In this document: positions 59,926 through 64,000 of the stretch, one piece after another
Position numbering within the stretch: the first letter of the stretch is position 1
Layout of the letters: each line of letters starts with the position of its first letter
NCBI GenBank assembly: GCA_041741375.1
Contig: JBGSKF010000020.1
Coordinates: forward strand, 7,889-71,888
Length of the DNA: 64,000 bases
Direction of reading: 5' to 3'
DNA from: Gemmatimonadales bacterium
GTDB taxonomy: Bacteria > Gemmatimonadota > Gemmatimonadetes > Gemmatimonadales > GWC2-71-9
Made by a program: the position numbers and the translations under genes
The notes under the pieces: model-generated
What the model saw: the letters and a program-made list of their open reading frames with translations, nothing else
Told to the model about the DNA's origin: nothing
The model's database searches: none

Positions 59926-61143
59926 TCACACCTCCGACCCTTTCCCGGGCCCGCTCAATCGCCAGATCTCCTCCGCGATCATGCTCACGATGACACCCCA
60001 GTCATGATCCCTGGCCACCCGGCGGCGGTGAGCCACAACCTCGGGATCCCGCGCACGCGGTTCCAGCGCCTCCCGCAGGGCGCAGCTCCAGTCCTCCACG
60101 CCGTCCGCAATCCAGATGACATCCCGGTGGCGCTCGAGAGCGGGGATCGGGGAGCCGACCACCGGGAGTCCGGCGGCGAGGTATTCGTGCAGTTTCATGG
60201 GATAGATATACTGAGTGTAGCCGTCCCGCAGGTATGGCAGCAGGGCCACATCCAGGTGCTGGACGTAGGCGGCGAGGTGGGGGGCCGGTTTGGCGTCGAA
60301 CAGATGCACATTGGGTCGGCGACGGATCCGTTCGATGATGGCCATCAGGGCGGGGTCGGGTTTGACCGGTCCCAGCAGAACCCATGACCATTCCGGATGG
60401 CGCTCCACCAGGGCCTCCAGCAGCGGCCAGTCCAGCTGTTGCTTCAGCCACCCGACGTATCCCACCCGCGGTCGGGGCACGCTGGCGAGTTCGGGCGGCT
60501 CGAGGCATGGGGTGGCAAACCGAAGATAGTCCACTCCATTCGGGGCTCGAACGGCTCGCCGGGCCACGGATGCCTTGCGATCCCACAGCGTGGCTGAGTG
60601 AATGAAGACCAGGTCGGCCTCCTTCAACAGGGCCACCTCCTCGGGGTCCGGCGCCTGATCCACCGGCGAAAAGGAGTACTCATCGTCCACATGGTAGACC
60701 ACCGCGTCCCACGGGTACAACAGGGCCGCTTGGCGAAAGGCGGGGCGCCAGAGGTACAGCACCACGGAGCGGCAGCCCCGCCGACGCAACCGCGCGACCG
60801 CATTGCCCAGACGGCGCCGCAGCAGGAGCTCCCCCGCCCATCGGGGATGATGGATCCGGGGGAGGTGCCACCCCGCCTGATCAATGTCCAATCCGGGCAC
60901 CAACCCGCTCGCCGGGGGTGGGGAAGGAGCGCGAAACCGGGTGCGCACCGCCTCGCGCCATTCGGGAGCGGGACTCATCCAGACCACCGGGAACCACTCC
61001 GCCAGGCGACTCACCACATGATGACGGGGTTGCCACAGGGGGCCCCATTCGTCGGGAACCATGGCCACCACTCCCACCTCGGCGTGGGTGGGCACCCCGG
61101 GCACCCGCAGGCCCTCCCGTTCGGTCGTGAGTTCATCCGGCAT
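59926..61143 (-). CDS. Glycosyltransferase (GT-B, group 1-like)
   Basis: VGYVGWLKQQLDWPLL, ALLPYLRDGYTQYIYPMKLHEYLAAGLPVVGSPIPAL. Confidence 0.7.
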   Translation of the reverse strand: MPDELTTEREGLRVPGVPTHAEVGVVAMVPDEWGPLWQPRHHVVSRLAEWFPVVWMSPAPEWREAVRTRFRAPSPPPASGLVPGLDIDQAGWHLPRIHHPRWAGELLLRRRLGNAVARLRRRGCRSVVLYLWRPAFRQAALLYPWDAVVYHVDDEYSFSPVDQAPDPEEVALLKEADLVFIHSATLWDRKASVARRAVRAPNGVDYLRFATPCLEPPELASVPRPRVGYVGWLKQQLDWPLLEALVERHPEWSWVLLGPVKPDPALMAIIERIRRRPNVHLFDAKPAPHLAAYVQHLDVALLPYLRDGYTQYIYPMKLHEYLAAGLPVVGSPIPALERHRDVIWIADGVEDWSCALREALEPRARDPEVVAHRRRVARDHDWGVIVSMIAEEIWRLSGPGKGSEV

Positions 61144-61321
61144 GGAGGCAACGATCGTTCAGGAGGCGGCTCCGACAGGGGGCTGAAGCCGGACACGTCG
61201 CAGCGATGAGTTCCCTTCCGCAAGTCCGGTGCCGGTGATTCCTCCCGGAGCATCGATGGCCCTACATTTATCGGCTCCAGTCCGGCTCATTCCCGACTCA
61301 TTCGCTCCGGGTGCAGGATCC
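61144..61321. promoter_or_regulatory. Divergent promoter region between two GT genes
   Basis: 178 bp between minus ATG 61143 and plus ATG 61322. It contains ctacatttatcgg and the direct repeat CTCATTC-ccga-CTCATTC. Promoter elements are not resolved. Confidence 0.35.
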
Positions 61322-62470
61322 ATGGCAGCCAAGTCCCTGTTGATCAGCAGCACCTACTTTCCGCCGCAGGTGGGGGGGATCTCCGCCCTCATGCGGGGTG
61401 CCGCGAGCGCGCTCGGTCCCGACGAGGTGTCCTGTGTGACGGGTGTCAAGGCGGCCCCGCGGCGCCTCCCGGAGAGCGGAGTGAGGGTATACCGGCGCCC
61501 GGGCATCTTCCTCGGCAACAAGGTGGCCCAGTCACTCTGCGTGGGCGCGGTCCTGGCCGAGCTCGCCGTGCGGGAGCGCCCCCGCCTCCTGCAGGTGGCC
61601 ACGGTGTATGACGGGCTCCCGGCCCTGATGATGTCCCGGGTGACCGGATGGCCGATCGTGGTCTGGGCCCACGGCAATGAGATACTCAGTCTGCGGGACG
61701 AGTCGTACTCGCGCCCCGGGCAGGCACTCCGGACCGCGGCGCGGGTCATCGCCAACAGCCGGTTCACCCGGCAGCTCCTCCTCGATGCGGGAGTGCGGGA
61801 GGAGCGGATCCGGATCTTCCACCCCCGGTGCGACGCCACCACCTTCACCCCGGGTGACCCGGCCGCCGCCCGCGCCTCACTCGGAATTGCCGCTGAGGGG
61901 CTCGTCATTCTCTCGGTCGGAGGGCTGGTGGAGCGGAAGGGCCACGATATGGTGCTGCAGGCGCTTCCCGCCCTCCTTGGGGAGTTCCCCACGCTCCAGT
62001 ATCTGATCGTGGGAGACGGTCCCCACCGCCCCACCCTGGAGGCGAGGGCCCACCGGTTCGGCGTGATGGACCGGGTCCGGTTCGAGGGCCGGGTGCCGCA
62101 GGAGCAGCTTCCCGACTACTACCGCGCCTCCGACGTGGTGGCGCTGGTGAGCCGCCACCGGGACGCGGAACACGATGTGGAGGGGTTCGGCATCGTGTTC
62201 CTGGAGGCCGCGGCCACCGGACGCCCCAGTGTGGCGGGGCGATCGGGCGGGATCGAGGATGCGGTGGTGGAGGGGGAGACCGGGTTCCTCGTTGATCCGG
62301 CGTCCGTGGAGGACACGGCCGCGGCGATCGGGCGGCTGCTGCGGGACCGGGATCTGGCGATGAGGATGGGGGAGGCCGGCCGGCGGCGGGTCGTGGCCGG
62401 GTTCACCTGGGAGGGAGGGGTGCGGGAACTCCGGGACATCCTCGGAGAGGCGGTAGGCGGTGGGCGGTAG
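61322..62470 (+). CDS. Glycosyltransferase family 4
   Basis: ORF 61229..62470 is trimmed to ATG 61322. Motifs: LLISSTYFPPQVGGISALM, SVGGLVERKGHD, VALVSRHRDAEHDVEGFGIVFLEAAATGRPSVAGRSGGIEDAV. Confidence 0.85.
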   Translation: MAAKSLLISSTYFPPQVGGISALMRGAASALGPDEVSCVTGVKAAPRRLPESGVRVYRRPGIFLGNKVAQSLCVGAVLAELAVRERPRLLQVATVYDGLPALMMSRVTGWPIVVWAHGNEILSLRDESYSRPGQALRTAARVIANSRFTRQLLLDAGVREERIRIFHPRCDATTFTPGDPAAARASLGIAAEGLVILSVGGLVERKGHDMVLQALPALLGEFPTLQYLIVGDGPHRPTLEARAHRFGVMDRVRFEGRVPQEQLPDYYRASDVVALVSRHRDAEHDVEGFGIVFLEAAATGRPSVAGRSGGIEDAVVEGETGFLVDPASVEDTAAAIGRLLRDRDLAMRMGEAGRRRVVAGFTWEGGVRELRDILGEAVGGGR

Positions 62471-62490
62471 GCGGTGGGCGGTAGGCGGTA
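62449..62490 (+). repeat. Heptamer tract (GGCGGTA/GGCGGTG) x6
   Basis: Six exact-period copies. The tract encodes the last residues (AVGGGR) and the TAG stop (62468-62470) of the GT4 gene. Confidence 0.9.
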
Positions 62491-62510
62491 GGCCCCACCA
62501 TCCGCGCGTC

Positions 62511-62540
62511 ATTGCGAGGGCCCGCAGGGCCCGTGGCAAT
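62511..62540. terminator. GC-rich hairpin between convergent genes
   Basis: In ATTGCGAGGGCCCGCAGGGCCCGTGGCAAT, ATTGC pairs with GCAAT and GGGCCC-gca-GGGCCC forms the inner stem. There is no clear T-run. Confidence 0.35.
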
Positions 62541-62647
62541 CTCGTGAACCGGTGCCGGCCCTGAATGACGCCCCGTCGGCCTTCACGCCGGAACCGACCT
62601 GGGCTCGGGCAGGAAGGCCGGCCATCCCGCTCCGGAACACCATTCGC

Positions 62648-64000
62648 TCACGGGATCGCCACGGCGGCTGCGCCGCCTCGCGATGACATCCCGTCGGCTA
62701 CGCGCCACGCCTGCCACGCCTGGATACCGCCGACGATCCCGGCCGCCGATTGGGCAACCCCTTCCGCCGAGCGCAGCCATGCCTCCCGCGTGGGCATCAC
62801 CAGGGCCGTGATCTCGACCAGGACGGCGGGGAACCAGGTGGGCCGGAGAACGGCGAGGTTGGACTGGACCGTTCCCATGCGACTCTGCCCCGTGGCTGCC
62901 GGGACCGAGTCCCTGAGCCCCCGGGCGGGCGAAAAGGCGTGGGGATGCCACCAGTAGACCCGGGTGCCATCCACCGATTCGGGCGGGCGTCCGTCGCCCG
63001 GTGAGTTGGCGTGGATCGACACGAACACCTCCGCGCCGGCCGCTTCGGCGAGCGCCACCCGCGCCTCGAGCGACACCGGCTCCGGAGTACTGCGGGTCAG
63101 GATCGGTTGGGCACCGAGGGTGCGGAGAAGCCGGGCCGTCTCGAGTGCCACCGCCAGGGTGACCGAATCCTCCGTCAGGCCGGTGGGTCCGGTGGCACCT
63201 CCCGGTGGATGCCCCGGATCAAGGGCCACGACGAGTCCTTCGAGCCCGATCCCGGCCGCTGCGAGGGGACGGATCTCCAGCGTGGCCCGACCCCGGCGCC
63301 ACGCGGTTCGCCATCCCAGGAGTGGAGCCGCGAGTTCCAGATCGACGACGACACGACCGTCTCCCCGATCGCTCACCGACGCCTGTCGTACCAAGCCACC
63401 CGTCGTCTGGGGGGCCGTGACCTGACCGGCGCGCGCCCGGAACAGGGTCCAGCGCAGGTGATCCTCGACCAGATCCACGGAGGTCGCGAGGAGGTCGGGT
63501 GCGTCGAATGCCACGACCGTGACACCCCGGGCCTGAGTCAGGGTGAGAGGGCCCAGAGTGACGGGATCACCCCGGGGCGGCAAGGCCGGCTCCGTTTCGG
63601 CGCGACTCACCCACACCGCGACCCTCCGGGCCAGGCGGACCCGTACCTCGCTCTCCGTTCCAGCGTCGGTCCGGAGCACGGTCCCGAGCGGCATCGGAAG
63701 GGCCAGGTCGCCCCCCGGGGTCCAGCGCCCGAAGACCGGCCGCTCCAGGGTGGCCTGGTCCATCGTGTCACTCGGCAGGCGCCGCAGTCGGACCCAGCCG
63801 GGGGACGAGCGGACCCGCTTCGGCGGCGGGGACGCGGCGCCGTGGCGCAGGGTGACGGGAATCGAGCGGCGCAGGGTTTCGCTCCCCTTGCTCGCCTCGA
63901 TCTCGAGCACCGGTACGTCACCGGAGGGAAGGGGGAGAAAGGTCGCGAATCCGCCGTTTGCCGCCACCGGCACGGGGTGCCCGTTCACCCGGAGCCGCGC
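62648..64000 (-). CDS. N-acetylmuramoyl-L-alanine amidase (Amidase_3) with N-terminal extension; probably partial (frame open to right edge)
   Basis: LVVALDPGHPPGGATGPTGLTEDSVTLAVA, VFVSIHANS, NLAVLRPTWFPAVLVEITAL. The reading frame continues upstream of the listed start (63988) to nt 64000 without a stop. Confidence 0.8.
   Translation of the reverse strand, partial: ARLRVNGHPVPVAANGGFATFLPLPSGDVPVLEIEASKGSETLRRSIPVTLRHGAASPPPKRVRSSPGWVRLRRLPSDTMDQATLERPVFGRWTPGGDLALPMPLGTVLRTDAGTESEVRVRLARRVAVWVSRAETEPALPPRGDPVTLGPLTLTQARGVTVVAFDAPDLLATSVDLVEDHLRWTLFRARAGQVTAPQTTGGLVRQASVSDRGDGRVVVDLELAAPLLGWRTAWRRGRATLEIRPLAAAGIGLEGLVVALDPGHPPGGATGPTGLTEDSVTLAVALETARLLRTLGAQPILTRSTPEPVSLEARVALAEAAGAEVFVSIHANSPGDGRPPESVDGTRVYWWHPHAFSPARGLRDSVPAATGQSRMGTVQSNLAVLRPTWFPAVLVEITALVMPTREAWLRSAEGVAQSAAGIVGGIQAWQAWRVADGMSSRGGAAAVAIP

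Noticed and set aside
62449-62490. GGCGGTAG in the heptamer tract (and GGCGGTAC at 1277-1284) resembling the ops/JUMPstart RfaH-recruitment element
   Set aside because: The full ops consensus (GGCGGTAGnnTG) is not met: the tract has G instead of T at position 11, and the 1277 copy has C at position 8. The tract lies at a gene 3' end, not in an operon leader.
1-64000. tRNA, rRNA, transposase, integrase, toxin-antitoxin or known defence-system genes
   Set aside because: I found none while reading ORF translations and intergenic regions. The intergenic regions are short apart from the repeat arrays and the promoter gaps listed above.

Overview
This is a high-GC bacterial chromosomal segment, almost entirely a cell-envelope glycan / PEP-CTERM-exosortase super-locus. 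From left to right it holds: (1) a REC + degenerate-GGDEF response regulator (partial), divergent from export protein, priming sugar transferase, exosortase and EpsI; (2) two unknown 4-TM paralogs and one PEP-CTERM cargo gene; (3) two minus-strand GT genes; (4) a plus-strand block of about 22 kb and 18 genes (10058-31913), mostly joined by 4-nt ATGA/GTGA overlaps. That block encodes GT-C-like membrane glycosyltransferases, DPM1/GtrB-like GT2s, a flippase-like protein, a CDP-hexose pathway (rfbF, 4,6-dehydratase, TylCIII-like C-methyltransferase, B12-radical-SAM enzyme), a HAD phosphatase, two PepSY-TM proteins and FAD/GMC oxidoreductases. Next come a minus-strand VTC (polyphosphate-polymerase-like) / DUF4956 / TPR / CotH / metallophosphoesterase operon (33083-39863) and a Wzx flippase / GT / deacetylase operon (39921-51143). 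The window ends with a UbiA-family decaprenyl-phosphate phosphoribosyltransferase-like gene, another GT-C/methyltransferase operon, more GT4 genes and a partial amidase. I saw no rRNA, tRNA, CRISPR, transposase or phage genes. Three non-coding signals stand out. Three arrays (about 2.7 kb in total) of an unclassified element of about 190 bp with roughly 30-bp terminal inverted repeats lie only at convergent gene junctions. Heptamer tracts abut gene 3' ends and supply stop codons in all three frames. A CGTTGC/TGTTGCG-type motif recurs in operon-leading intergenic regions. Many long antisense ORFs in the track are high-GC shadow ORFs. All domain calls come from reading motifs by eye; no searches were run.
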